NCBI GenBank assembly: GCA_041746575.1
Contig: JBGTGT010000040.1
Span: 1 to 64,000, forward strand
DNA: 64,000 nt
Direction of reading: 5' to 3'
Source of the DNA: Microcystaceae cyanobacterium
GTDB taxonomy: Bacteria > Cyanobacteriota > Cyanobacteriia > Cyanobacteriales > Microcystaceae
Under the pieces are notes generated by a model, which made no database searches, was not told the DNA's origin, and was given only the letters and a program-made list of their open reading frames with translations. The number at the start of each line of letters is the position of its first letter. Positions within the stretch are counted from its first letter, which is position 1. The translations under genes and the position numbers were made by a program. Shown here piece by piece: positions 1 to 10,199 of the stretch.

Positions 1-136
1 TTACTGTTTCCCCGCATCTGGTCTTTAGAGTCGATCTTGCATTGGTCATTTTGGCGCAGAACCCATCAGGCTGTAGCTCGCTATTATCACTACTGCAAAC
101 GTGCCCAAGCCCCCTAATTTCTATCTACAACTGTAG
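1..136 (+). mobile_element. Right end of an IS701-family element (transposase C-terminus 1..117 plus terminal repeat), truncated by the window edge
   Basis: Frame 1 reads LLFPRIWSLESILHWSFWRRTHQAVARYYHYCKRAQAP*, matching the HWSxWRRxHQAxARxxHY tail of IS701 transposases; followed by CTATCTACAACTGTAG (121-136), an IS701-like end. Confidence 0.75.
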
Positions 137-445
137 AGTAAAGGAGCGTTTTTCTAGGACTTCTTTCACCAACGCAACCCAGTCAATGGGGTGACAAGCA
201 ATATCGATCTCTTGTAGCGATCACCCCAGATCCTTTAGGCGAGTATTAAAGAGAGAACGAGCAACCGGATTTGCTAGCCCTAGCTTTTCATTTAAATCTA
301 CTACTAATTGCCCTACTGTCATCGGATTGAAGGCCAATTCTCGTAAACAGAGAGGTCATTCTAATCGCACGCCCCCATCATCGATCAAACCCGAAAATTC
401 AGTCCATCGTTCCCGAATCTTGCTGATAGGTACTTTCGTAATAAT
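137..445 (-). pseudogene. Degenerate PAS-domain fragment (resembles the C-terminal PAS region of cyanobacterial CheR-type proteins)
   Basis: Minus-strand frame IITKVPISKIRERW...LE*PLCLRELAFNPMTVGQLVVDLNEKLGLANPVARSLFNTRLKDLG*SLQEIDI with in-frame TGA at 356-358 and 221-223; ends at the IS701 terminus. Confidence 0.5.
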
Positions 446-537
446 CAAAGTTCTATGATTTCAAAATAGACTTCTGGCAGAAGTAAGGCAAAAGCAACAG
501 AAGATTCCGTTATTTGGAATACGTTTTTCTTTTTTCA

Positions 538-1506
538 TCATAATTGACTGATTCTTAGAGGAGAAGTCGGTAAAACGGCTAAATGAATGACAGCATCTCC
601 TTGATTCACCAAGGGACATTGAGTATGACCGATCACCATCCCCTCTATCGGCGATCGCACATGGGTCTTTTTCTCACCAAAAGCATCAGAAATGATGCCC
701 AATAATTGCTTTTTCTGGACCCTTTCCCCCAAATTGATCTGTAATATTAAGATACCTCCCCGAGAGGCTCTAATCCACTTAGAACTGTCCACTTCAATAG
801 CGTTATTAGCGCAACACAAAGAGGCAACCTCAATCATCCTTAAATAATTCATCACCTGCAAAATACCTGCCACCCCAGCATCAATCGCTTCTGTATCAAA
901 TCGCAGGGCTTCTCCCCCTTCATAGAGTAAAATCGGGATACCTTTACGACTGGCGGCTTCTCGTAATGAACCATCCCGCAAGTTGGCGTGAATGATGATT
1001 GATGTCCCAAAGGCCTTTGCACAGTAATAAGTCGCTTTATCTTGTAAATTGGCTCGAATTTGGGGAAGATTAATGCGATGGTCAGAGGCAGTATGTAAAT
1101 CAATGCCATGGGTACAACGACTAACAATTTCCTTCATAAACAAATGTGCTAATCGTGCGGCTAATGAGCCATTGGGAGATCCAGGGAAAGCCCGATTGAG
1201 GTCTCGACGGTCAGGTAAATAGCGGGATTGTGCAATGAAACCAAAAATATTGACAATTGGCACAGCAATCAGCGTTCCTCGTAGCTTTTTAGGATTAATC
1301 TGTTCTACAACCTGTCGAATAATTTCAACTCCATTAATTTCATCCCCATGAATAGCCGCACTTAACCAGAGTCTTGCCCCCTCTTCTACGCCGTTAATGA
1401 CCGTTACAGGTAAAGAAATGAGAGTTTGAGTAGGTAAACGGGCAACAGGCAAGTCTAATCTTCGTTTTTGACCTCTATCAATTTTTTCGCCCGCAATTTC
1501 AATCAT
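538..1506 (-). CDS. Succinylglutamate desuccinylase/aspartoacylase family (M14-like) zinc hydrolase
   Basis: AIHGDEING, DLNRAFPG, IDLHT and YEGGE motifs. Confidence 0.9.
   Translation of the reverse strand: MIEIAGEKIDRGQKRRLDLPVARLPTQTLISLPVTVINGVEEGARLWLSAAIHGDEINGVEIIRQVVEQINPKKLRGTLIAVPIVNIFGFIAQSRYLPDRRDLNRAFPGSPNGSLAARLAHLFMKEIVSRCTHGIDLHTASDHRINLPQIRANLQDKATYYCAKAFGTSIIIHANLRDGSLREAASRKGIPILLYEGGEALRFDTEAIDAGVAGILQVMNYLRMIEVASLCCANNAIEVDSSKWIRASRGGILILQINLGERVQKKQLLGIISDAFGEKKTHVRSPIEGMVIGHTQCPLVNQGDAVIHLAVLPTSPLRISQL
651..658. repeat. HIP1 octamer GCGATCGC (representative; many copies across the window)
   Basis: Seen at 651, 25688, 25748, 28835, 30004 and many other positions. Confidence 0.9.
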
Positions 1507-1612
1507 CTTTAAATTAGGTATGTCACCAAGATTTCCTATTACCCATTAAACTACAGTACATGAGCGAAAGTTCTTTCCCTGTCTAGACTTCACTTCTAAC
1601 CTTTCTAAAGAT

Positions 1613-2428
1613 ATGGCGATTCAATTACTGGTTCTTGATATTGACAATACAATTGCGGGTCGCTCTAATCAAGTCACGGATAGGGTAGTAAAAGCGATTC
1701 AATCCGTGCAAAAAAAAGGCATTCTCGTCGCTTTAGCCACTGGTCGGATGTATAACTCTGCTAGACGGTTTCATCAGCGAGTCGCCTCTCAGTTACCCCT
1801 TATTACTTACAATGGAGCTTGGATTCAGAATCCCCTTGATGGCGTTAAATACCAGCATTTGCCTGTACCGTCAGAAATTGCCTTAGAATTACTTGATTTC
1901 TTTGAAGATTCAGCCCATGCCTCCGAGATTGATATTCATTGTTACCTCGATGATCAACTCTATGTACGGGAAGTGACAGAAGAAACCCACTATTACCAAG
2001 CGAGAGCTGGGGTAAACCCGATTGCGGTGGGAGACTTACGTCAAATTTTGAACCAACCCACCACCAAAATGCTGATTGTGAGTCCAGAAGGGGATGTGGC
2101 ACAACAGCTACTAACGGTTTTAAAAATGCGTTATTCAGCCGATAGCTTACATTTAACCCAATCGACTCCCAAATATTTAGAAATTACTCATCCTGACGCC
2201 AACAAAGGAACAGCTACCCGTTATCTCGCCGAAAAGTTATTAGGACTCACTGCCGAGCAAGTGATGGTAATCGGTGATAACTTTAATGATATGCCGATGT
2301 TAACCTATGCGGGGATTGGCATTGCCATGGGAAACGCGCCTCAACCTGTTCAACAAGTGGCTGATTGGGTAACCCAAGAGGTAGAAGCAGATGGAGTTGC
2401 GGTGGCTATTGAACGATTTTTAGGTTAA
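1613..2428 (+). CDS. Cof-type HAD-IIB hydrolase
   Basis: LDIDNT motif I, ATGR, NKG, GDNFND motif IV. Confidence 0.9.
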   Translation: MAIQLLVLDIDNTIAGRSNQVTDRVVKAIQSVQKKGILVALATGRMYNSARRFHQRVASQLPLITYNGAWIQNPLDGVKYQHLPVPSEIALELLDFFEDSAHASEIDIHCYLDDQLYVREVTEETHYYQARAGVNPIAVGDLRQILNQPTTKMLIVSPEGDVAQQLLTVLKMRYSADSLHLTQSTPKYLEITHPDANKGTATRYLAEKLLGLTAEQVMVIGDNFNDMPMLTYAGIGIAMGNAPQPVQQVADWVTQEVEADGVAVAIERFLG

Positions 2429-2430
2429 TT

Positions 2431-4059
2431 ATGAAACAAGCTGGCAAAATCTTGACAAGATTACTAATAAGTGCCGTTATTATTTTCCTTATTGCCTATT
2501 CTCCCCTATTTGCTCAAATTGATCCCTCTGCTTACGTAGAAATCGGAGGACATCGCCTATTTGAAGTAAAACGATCTGGGGTTTATTCAGCAGAACAAAG
2601 AGCAAAAGAAGCCAATCAGGTGCTAGAAGATTTAATTGAGCAAAAAGACTTTGTTTCTAATACGGTTCCCGTTGAAATCGATACTTCTAGAGAATTACCA
2701 ATCATTCGTGTTAATGGCGCACACTTCTTAACCGTTACGGCTCAAGATACGCCTCAAGGTCGCAATGAGCTAGAACAAGCACTCCACTGGTCAAATGAAT
2801 TAGAAAAAGGCATTAAACAAGCTCAATATGAACGAACCAATCAATATTTAATTCGTACTATCCTAATTTCTATTACTTTAATTACCTTTGCTTTATTACT
2901 AACGCGACAACTGGGCAAACTTTGGCAACGCTGGGTTGAACCCCGACTGCCGAAAATCCCACAAACGCCTTCTTCTCCTTCCTTTAGCTTACACCCTCCA
3001 ACAGATTCTCATCGTCCCCTACTCGGCATTCGTTTACTTGCTAACCTGTTTCTATATATTCTACGGAGTTTGGTATGGATAGGAGTTGTATTATATATTA
3101 TCCGTCTTTTTCCACAAACCCGCTTTTTAAGTCAAAAAGCTTATGATATTACTCGTTTAAGTTTTTTTTCCGATCTTTTACCCCTCGGTAATCAATCTTA
3201 CTCTATTTTAGACTTATTTATTTTAGCCGGGTTTATCATTTGTCTGGTAGTGATCGGACGAGGTGTGAAACAAATTCTGCGTTCTCGTGTTCTGAGTCTA
3301 ACGGGTTTAAATCGTGGATCTCAAGATGCGATCGCTCTGATGGCTAATTATACTTTTATTTTTATTGGTACAATTGTTATTTTGCAGATTTGGGGTTTAG
3401 ATTTAAGCTCTTTAACGGTGTTTGCCAGTGTTTTAGGGGTGGGAATTGGTCTAGGGTTGCAGGGCATTGCCAGAGAGTTTGTCAGTGGCTTAGTGTTGAT
3501 TTTTGAGCGTCCGATTCAAGTGGGGGATTTTGTCGAGGTGGGAACATCAATGGGAACGGTTGAACGTATTGGCGTTAGAAGTACAGAAATTCGTACCCTT
3601 GATCAAATTGCGATCATCTTGCCTAATTCTCGCTTTTTGGAGTCAGAAGTGATCAACTGGAGTCACCCCAGCCCAATTTCTCGCCTCAGAATTGGTTTAG
3701 GAGTGGCTTATGGTTCCAATTTAACGCTTGTTCGTCAAATCTTAATAGAGGCGGCGAAAAAACATCCTGAAGTGTTAGGAAATCCTTCGCCAGAAGTTTT
3801 TTTCTCTGGGTTTGGGGATAGTTCTTTGGATTTTTACCTTCTAATCTGGATTGCTCGACCTTATCGCCAATTTAAAGTAAAAAGCGACCTATACTTTGAT
3901 ATCTACGCTCAGTTTCAAAACCATCATGTTTCGATTCCCTTCCCTCAACGAGATTTACACTTGCGTTCGAGTGATGTTCCAGTTGTTTTATCCCCTGAAT
4001 TGATCAAATCTTTAAATACGAAAGAAGTCAAAAATCAACCACAGAATTCACAGGATTAA
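2431..4059 (+). CDS. MscS-family mechanosensitive channel with N-terminal extension
   Basis: GIGLGLQG...FVSGLVLIFERPIQVGD, IPFPQRDLH; several TM segments. Confidence 0.9.
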   Translation: MKQAGKILTRLLISAVIIFLIAYSPLFAQIDPSAYVEIGGHRLFEVKRSGVYSAEQRAKEANQVLEDLIEQKDFVSNTVPVEIDTSRELPIIRVNGAHFLTVTAQDTPQGRNELEQALHWSNELEKGIKQAQYERTNQYLIRTILISITLITFALLLTRQLGKLWQRWVEPRLPKIPQTPSSPSFSLHPPTDSHRPLLGIRLLANLFLYILRSLVWIGVVLYIIRLFPQTRFLSQKAYDITRLSFFSDLLPLGNQSYSILDLFILAGFIICLVVIGRGVKQILRSRVLSLTGLNRGSQDAIALMANYTFIFIGTIVILQIWGLDLSSLTVFASVLGVGIGLGLQGIAREFVSGLVLIFERPIQVGDFVEVGTSMGTVERIGVRSTEIRTLDQIAIILPNSRFLESEVINWSHPSPISRLRIGLGVAYGSNLTLVRQILIEAAKKHPEVLGNPSPEVFFSGFGDSSLDFYLLIWIARPYRQFKVKSDLYFDIYAQFQNHHVSIPFPQRDLHLRSSDVPVVLSPELIKSLNTKEVKNQPQNSQD

Positions 4060-4091
4060 ATCATTAATGACCTGAAATGAGCAAAGAGGGA

Positions 4092-5416
4092 CTACTTGAC
4101 TTCTGTAAAATGGATTGTTTCTGGATCTGGAATGATTGGCTCTTTCACCATGCGGTCTTCCGTTGATTTAGGTAGCATAAGATTTAGAATCAAGGCACAG
4201 AGGGAACCCACAGAAATACCAGACTGTAAGACGCTACGCAGTTGTTCTGGAAATCCTGCTAACGCATCTGGAAGCAGGGTCACGCCTAACCCCGTGGCTA
4301 AAGAGGCACCCACGATCACTAAGGCTCGATTCGTCATATTGATTTCACGAAGAATATTGAACCCTGCCACCGCCACCGTGCCGAACATCAGCATAATTGC
4401 TGCGCCAAATACGGGTGCAGGAATCGCCGTGAGGATTGCACCAATGATCGGGAATAGACCCAAAAATGCCAAAATACCTGCTACGTAGAAGCCAATATAA
4501 CGACTACCCACTCCAGTTAGCTGAATAATGCCATTATTTTGCGATAGCGTCACTGTCGGTAGAGTACTACAGCAGGATGCAATGAATGAGTTGACGCCGT
4601 CGCCCAGTAGTCCGCCCTTGAGTCGTTTGATATACTTAGAACCTTGAATGGGTTCTCCAGTTACCATCGAGGTTGCTGTAATATCGCCAATCACCTCTAG
4701 CGAAGTTGCAAAATAGATAATTGCAAAAGGAATAAAGGCCGCAAGGTTAAAATCCAAGCCGAACCGGAATGGGATTGGAATGTTGAACAGATGGCTACAG
4801 TAAAAAAAACGGGAATGGAGATTGCCCAATATTTGAGGTCGCCGTAGTCTCCAGCCTTTTGTGCCACATCTCCCCCTGCCATATCGTGCATCCCAAATTT
4901 GATCAGAGTTAAACCGATGAGAGTGACAGCCGTTCCCGTGACGATGGGTGGAAAAATGACTTGCGCAAAATGTAAGAAACGGCTCAAGATAATTTGGATA
5001 AATGAACCGAAAAAGCCTAAACCCAGAATGAGAGCAAGGGTTTGTTCGGACGTTCTTCCCGCCGCGCTGGTCGTAGCAATAATACTGAAAATGGGAGGTA
5101 AAAACGCAAAGCTAGGCCCCTGAATGCTGAGTAAACCTGAACCAATCGGCCCGATTCGTCTAGCCTGAATAAAAGTCGCAAGTCCAGCAACAAATAGAGT
5201 CATTCCAATGATGTAGCTGATGCTAGCAGCATCCAAATCCAAAGCTCGACCAATTAGAATCGCTGGAGTGACGCTAGGGACAAAAATGACACAGACGTGC
5301 TGTATTGCAACAAGAATTGCCGTTTGAAATGGAGGATTATCTTCTAAGCCAAAAATTAAATTACTTTGACTTTTGCTTGAAGTTTCAGATGATTGAATAG
5401 CTTCTACAAGTGCCAT
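4092..5416 (-). pseudogene. NCS2 (xanthine/uracil) permease split by an internal deletion and frameshift
   Basis: 5' ORF (4697-5416; QH motif, GPSFAF, FPPIVTG) and 3' ORF (4092-4829; GDITAT, SQNNGIIQLTG signature) lie in different frames; the segment normally between them appears to be missing at ~4770-4790. Confidence 0.85.
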
Positions 5417-5698
5417 TGCTATCGTTTCCTATTTTCTCAGTTAGCTCTCACGGATGCTGTGAATCCCAGTTTAGAAGGTGACATCCATAAAGCAGATATT
5501 TCCTGAATCTTGAACTCTCAGCGATTTCTCAAATTATCTAAGCTGATTTGATAAAATAGTTTTGTGCTTATTTCTACATTTCCACTTGCCTAACCTACGA
5601 CGGCTTAAATCACTGCCTTATTAAAGTGAAACATAATATTGCCCAAATCCTATGTTAAGCTAACGATTATTAACGCATCAAACGCTTGGCTCAGTTTC

Positions 5699-7123
5699 AT
5701 GATATCGTTAACTTTCATTGTGTGTAGGAAGTGTCTCCCCTTATTCGTCTTATTTTTGAGTTTAAGTTCCCCTATCCTTAGTCAAACTCGGGCAATTGGG
5801 CAAAATCCGCCACCGTCACCCACATTTTTGACTGAAACCCCTTATACTATCGGACCGGGCGATCGACTTCAAGTTAATCTTTATAATGTTAAAGAATTTA
5901 GCGGCGATTATTTGGTGCTAGTGGACGGAACGGTGGCCTTTCCCTTGGTTGGACAGATGAACGTCACGGGAATGACCCTAAACCAACTCAATCGTCTTTT
6001 GACGGATAAATACGCGGTTTTTATCAAGCGTCCTGTTGTAACCACTACTTTGCTTGAACCTCGTCCTTTAAAGGTCACTATTGCAGGGGAAATCGACCAA
6101 CCGGGTGCTTACACCCTAGCCTTTGCCGAAGGAAAATTTCCAACCCTGACCGATTTAGTGCAGTTAGCGGGCGGCGTAACGACGGTAGCAGATATAGAAA
6201 AAGTCCAAATTCGACGGCAAATAGGGAAAAATGCGCAAAATATTAACGTAAGCTTATGGGAAATTTTACAATCAGCCGATGGTCAGCAAAATCTAACCTT
6301 GAGAGATGGAGATGCCATTATTATTCCGACGATACAGGTTATCGATCCCCGAACAACTGCGCTATTAACAGATGCAAATTTTGGCATTCGTGCTGATCAA
6401 GAACTGAATATTGCCATTGTTGGCGAAGTCTTTCGACCAGGATCGTATAAATTATCTCCCACCCGAAGCAGTGGCACGGATCAAACTAAGCAACAACCCC
6501 TTCGTTTAACCAATGCCATTCAAGCCGCAGGGGGTATTAAACAGTTAGCCGATATTCGAGAAGTTGAAGTGCGTCGCTATACTCGTACGGGGCAAGTCCA
6601 GATTTTAAGGGCGGATTTATTTTCGTTACTGAGCGTTGGTGATTTAGCCCAAGACATTGTTTTGCAAAATGGGGATGTGATCACAGTTCCTACCGCCGAA
6701 GCGATAGCGGCAATTGATTCAGAAACCTTAGCGTCAGCTAGTTTTTCGCCAGAAACGATTAAAGTTAATGTGGTAGGGGAAGTTAGAACCCCCGGTATTC
6801 AAGAATTACGTCCGAATACCCCCTTAAACCAAGCCTTATTAGCAGCAGGAAACTTTGATAAACGCAGAGCCAAGCAAAAAAGCGTGGAATTAATTCGTCT
6901 AAACGATGACGGCACAGTTACACGACGGGAAATTGCAGTAGACTTTTCTAAGGATATTTCCTCAGAAAATAATCCTGTTTTACGTAATAATGATGTGATT
7001 GTCGTCAATCGCAGCGGATTAACGGCGGCTACTGATACTTTAATTAACGTATTTAGTCCGATTGGTGCGCTTACTGGGGTATTTAGTTTCTTTAATATTT
7101 TTGGTTTATTTGATAATAATTAA
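5699..7123 (+). CDS. Polysaccharide export protein Wza/KpsD-type with SLBB repeats
   Basis: YTIGPGDRL, DGTVAFPLVG and three GEVxxPG/SLBB repeats; start uncertain (5639 TTG or 5699 ATG). Confidence 0.88.
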   Translation: MISLTFIVCRKCLPLFVLFLSLSSPILSQTRAIGQNPPPSPTFLTETPYTIGPGDRLQVNLYNVKEFSGDYLVLVDGTVAFPLVGQMNVTGMTLNQLNRLLTDKYAVFIKRPVVTTTLLEPRPLKVTIAGEIDQPGAYTLAFAEGKFPTLTDLVQLAGGVTTVADIEKVQIRRQIGKNAQNINVSLWEILQSADGQQNLTLRDGDAIIIPTIQVIDPRTTALLTDANFGIRADQELNIAIVGEVFRPGSYKLSPTRSSGTDQTKQQPLRLTNAIQAAGGIKQLADIREVEVRRYTRTGQVQILRADLFSLLSVGDLAQDIVLQNGDVITVPTAEAIAAIDSETLASASFSPETIKVNVVGEVRTPGIQELRPNTPLNQALLAAGNFDKRRAKQKSVELIRLNDDGTVTRREIAVDFSKDISSENNPVLRNNDVIVVNRSGLTAATDTLINVFSPIGALTGVFSFFNIFGLFDNN

Positions 7124-7202
7124 TTATTCATTTTTTAATGGGTGTTTTAATGTTTAAAAAAGACCTATTTTTAAATCTTAACTTTTGTTGTGAGGCATTA
7201 AC

Positions 7203-9488
7203 ATGGACGGCAAGATTCCATCTTCAAACTTATCTCTAAAACGTCAAGCTTTAGAAATAACGTCAGAAAGTTCTTCCCCGATGGTCTGGGTTGATTCTCC
7301 GGCTGAAGAAGAGCTTTCCTTAGGACAAGCTTGGTCGATTATCAAGCATCGCAGTCTTTTAATTTTAGGCATGGCAATGGGGATAACTGCCCTAGCGGCG
7401 GCATGGACACTACAGAAAACCCCCGTCTATGAAGGAAACTTTCAATTATTAGTTGGCGAACCGATTGCGGTTAATAATCAATCAAAGCCAACGATTTTAG
7501 AGGGATTAGGTGCAGGACAAATTGACTATGATACGCAAATAGAAGTATTAAAAAGCCGCAGTATTTTAGAACCAATTATTAATACATTAAGTAAAAAATA
7601 TCCCAACTTAAAATATGAAAAGTTGGTGGGAACAGTCGACGCTCCTTTACAAATTGAGCAGATCGAAAATACCAAAATTCTTAAAATTAATTTAGAGGAT
7701 AGTGATCCCGACAAAATCAAATTTATCTTAGAAAGTCTGGCTCAAGCTTATTTAAAATATAGCCTAGATGAGCGAAAAGTTGAAATTAATCAAGGGATGA
7801 ATTTCGTCTCTCAGCAAATTCCCCAACTTCAAAACGTGGTCAATCAACATCAAACCAAGTTGCAACAATTTCGTCAGAAATATAATTTGATTGATCCCAA
7901 CCAAAAGGCGCAAGAATTGACCACTCAATTAAACACACTAGAAACTCAATATTTTGATACGCGAGTTCAATTGGGAGAAACCCAATCTCTTTATGAAACC
8001 CTACAAAAACAAGTAGGTTTGAGTGTAGAGGGAGCAATTTCGTCGAGTTATCTCAGTGATGCGCCACGTTATCAAGCCTTACTCAATCGGCTTCAAGAAA
8101 TCGAACTAGAATTAAATAAAGAATCGGCACGTTTTTCCGATGAAAATCCGATTATTCAAACCCTAAAAGAAGAAAGAGATAGCCTATTACCCTTAGTTGA
8201 AAAAGAAGCCCAAAATGCCCTTGGCAAGCGTAATTCTGAGCAACTTCGTCAATCGCCCGCCTTAGGCTCCCCGAGTGCCTTACGACTGACGCTCAATCAG
8301 CAATACGTTCAAGCGGAAAATGAACTCAAACAACTGAAATTTAGAGAAAATTCCCTTGCTTCAGAGATAAATATTCTCAAACAGCAAATCAAGCAACTTC
8401 CCTTACTCTCTCGTCAATATACTGAACTTGAGCGTGAACTGCGCATTGCCAGCGAAAGCCTAGAAAGACTTTTAGAAGCGCAACAAAAACTTCAAATTGA
8501 TGGCGCACAGCAAACCTTGCCATGGCAACTTATTTCTAAGCCTGTGGTGGCAGAAGATCCGCTCTACCCGATCCCTATCAAAAATATTAGCTTAGGATTG
8601 CTCGCTGGCTTAAGCTTAGGCGTATTAGCCGCCTTTTTGGCAGAAAAACTCGATCCCGTGTTTCACTCCTTAGGGGAAATGAAGGAGAAAACCAAGCTTC
8701 CTCTATTGGGCATGATTCCGTGGCAAAAAGAACTGAAATCCCTCAATGGTGCATTAGATCGAAGTTTATCAACTTTACAAATCGGCAATCGTAACCTCAG
8801 TTTAAATCTCACGGATGCTGGAGGCGACAAATACTACAAAGTGTCGGGTTTCTTAGAAGCTTTTCGCTCTTTAAATACAAATATTTGGCTATTAGGGACG
8901 GAGCGTTCCTATAATTCTTTTGTTGTGAGTTCTACCTCTCCTGAAGACGGTAAGACGACCGTTTCTGTCAATTTAGCACAAGCGGCGGCCGCCATGGGAC
9001 AACGGGTGTTACTGGTGGATGCAGATTTGCGTCGTCCCCAAGTTCATCATCTGCTGGGCATAGCCAACGGACAAGGGTTAAGTAATGTCATTGCCACGGG
9101 ATTAGATATCGCCGAAGCGATTCAACCGATTCCTCAGTGGGAGAATTTGTCAATTTTGACCGCCGGTGATATTCCCCCTGATCCCACTCGATTGTTAGCC
9201 TCCCAACGGATGCGGCAAATTGTTGAGCATTTAGGACAAAGGGAGGATTTTGACTTAATTATTTACGATACCCCTCCCCTTGCTAACTTTGCCGATAGTC
9301 GTATTCTCGGATCGCTCACCAGTGGGATTGTGATGGTCATTCGAGTCAATAAAACCGATCGCGCCATTGTTAAACACGTAATTGATGATTTGAAAATGGC
9401 TTCTGTTCCTTTATTAGGGTTAGTGGCAAATGGGATTCAACAGGGAAGTTTGTCGAACTACAACCCTTATTATTACTATCGTCGGTAA
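7203..9488 (+). CDS. Wzc/GumC polysaccharide co-polymerase with BY-kinase domain
   Basis: Two TMs flanking a coiled coil, Walker A PEDGKTT, DADLRRP, YDTPP, C-terminal Tyr cluster YNPYYYY. Confidence 0.92.
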   Translation: MDGKIPSSNLSLKRQALEITSESSSPMVWVDSPAEEELSLGQAWSIIKHRSLLILGMAMGITALAAAWTLQKTPVYEGNFQLLVGEPIAVNNQSKPTILEGLGAGQIDYDTQIEVLKSRSILEPIINTLSKKYPNLKYEKLVGTVDAPLQIEQIENTKILKINLEDSDPDKIKFILESLAQAYLKYSLDERKVEINQGMNFVSQQIPQLQNVVNQHQTKLQQFRQKYNLIDPNQKAQELTTQLNTLETQYFDTRVQLGETQSLYETLQKQVGLSVEGAISSSYLSDAPRYQALLNRLQEIELELNKESARFSDENPIIQTLKEERDSLLPLVEKEAQNALGKRNSEQLRQSPALGSPSALRLTLNQQYVQAENELKQLKFRENSLASEINILKQQIKQLPLLSRQYTELERELRIASESLERLLEAQQKLQIDGAQQTLPWQLISKPVVAEDPLYPIPIKNISLGLLAGLSLGVLAAFLAEKLDPVFHSLGEMKEKTKLPLLGMIPWQKELKSLNGALDRSLSTLQIGNRNLSLNLTDAGGDKYYKVSGFLEAFRSLNTNIWLLGTERSYNSFVVSSTSPEDGKTTVSVNLAQAAAAMGQRVLLVDADLRRPQVHHLLGIANGQGLSNVIATGLDIAEAIQPIPQWENLSILTAGDIPPDPTRLLASQRMRQIVEHLGQREDFDLIIYDTPPLANFADSRILGSLTSGIVMVIRVNKTDRAIVKHVIDDLKMASVPLLGLVANGIQQGSLSNYNPYYYYRR

Positions 9489-9637
9489 AAAACGGGGTGG
9501 ATTCAATGATACCAAAACAGACAGAATACAAAATAGTTTTCTGCCTAAATGTTGAGACTTGTTTCTTGATTTGAACTGACGTTATATTCGCCTAAAATAG
9601 AGGATAGGTTAGCTTTCATTTAGTGTTTTTGTGTCCA

Positions 9638-10030
9638 ATGTCTCAGACAGAATCTGATAAACTGACTTCTTCTCTTATGACTTCTACCGATTCTGTGGCT
9701 TATATTATCCACGAAAAAAGCCAAACTCGTTTTAACTTTCCTGTCGGTAAGTCTTTTCTCTATATTGGCAAAGTCAATGAACATATTCCGATTCAAATTG
9801 AACTTTCTGCTTTACCCGATGCGGATATTGTTTCCCGTGTTCATGGGGTAATTCATGTCGAAGAGGACGGTTATTACTTAGAAGATGCCGGCAGTTTAAA
9901 TGGCACTGCCATTAACGATCAGTTCATCAAACCGGGGACTCGTTTTCGTCAAAAATTACAATCTGGAGATTTGATTACTTTCGGCAAAAACCGCAAGGTC
10001 AAGTTACGATTTTATATTAATCCTTCTTAA
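9638..10030 (+). CDS. Stand-alone FHA domain protein
   Basis: IGK...VSRVHG...EDAGSLNGT...GDLITFG FHA motifs. Confidence 0.88.
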   Translation: MSQTESDKLTSSLMTSTDSVAYIIHEKSQTRFNFPVGKSFLYIGKVNEHIPIQIELSALPDADIVSRVHGVIHVEEDGYYLEDAGSLNGTAINDQFIKPGTRFRQKLQSGDLITFGKNRKVKLRFYINPS

Positions 10031-10045
10031 AAATTGTCGCTGATT

Positions 10046-10190
10046 AACGTGAGTTTGACGAGGGCAATTATCTCAATTTTTTGGTCCATTCTGATTGGGA
10101 TTAGGAAAAGAAAAACAAATTCTTGATTGGGGGACTAACCCCCCAAACCCCCTGCACAAAAAAAAATTAAGTAAAGTCGAAACTCACGTT
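10046..10190. mobile_element. 145-bp MITE with IS982-like terminal inverted repeats
   Basis: AACGTGAGTTTGAC (10046-10059) and GTCGAAACTCACGTT (10176-10190) are inverted; similar to the ends of the IS982 copy at 53606/54582; non-coding, between convergent genes. Confidence 0.75.
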
Positions 10191-10199
10191 GATCAGGAT

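Noticed and set aside
4802..4809. Phase-variable A8 tract as the cause of the permease frameshift
   Set aside because: The upstream frame reads sensibly through the tract and a longer segment is missing just downstream, so a 1-bp slip would not restore the gene
5417..5560. Purine or xanthine riboswitch upstream of the NCS2 permease
   Set aside because: A GGATG/CATCC stem exists, but I see no recognisable riboswitch core; an Rfam scan would settle it
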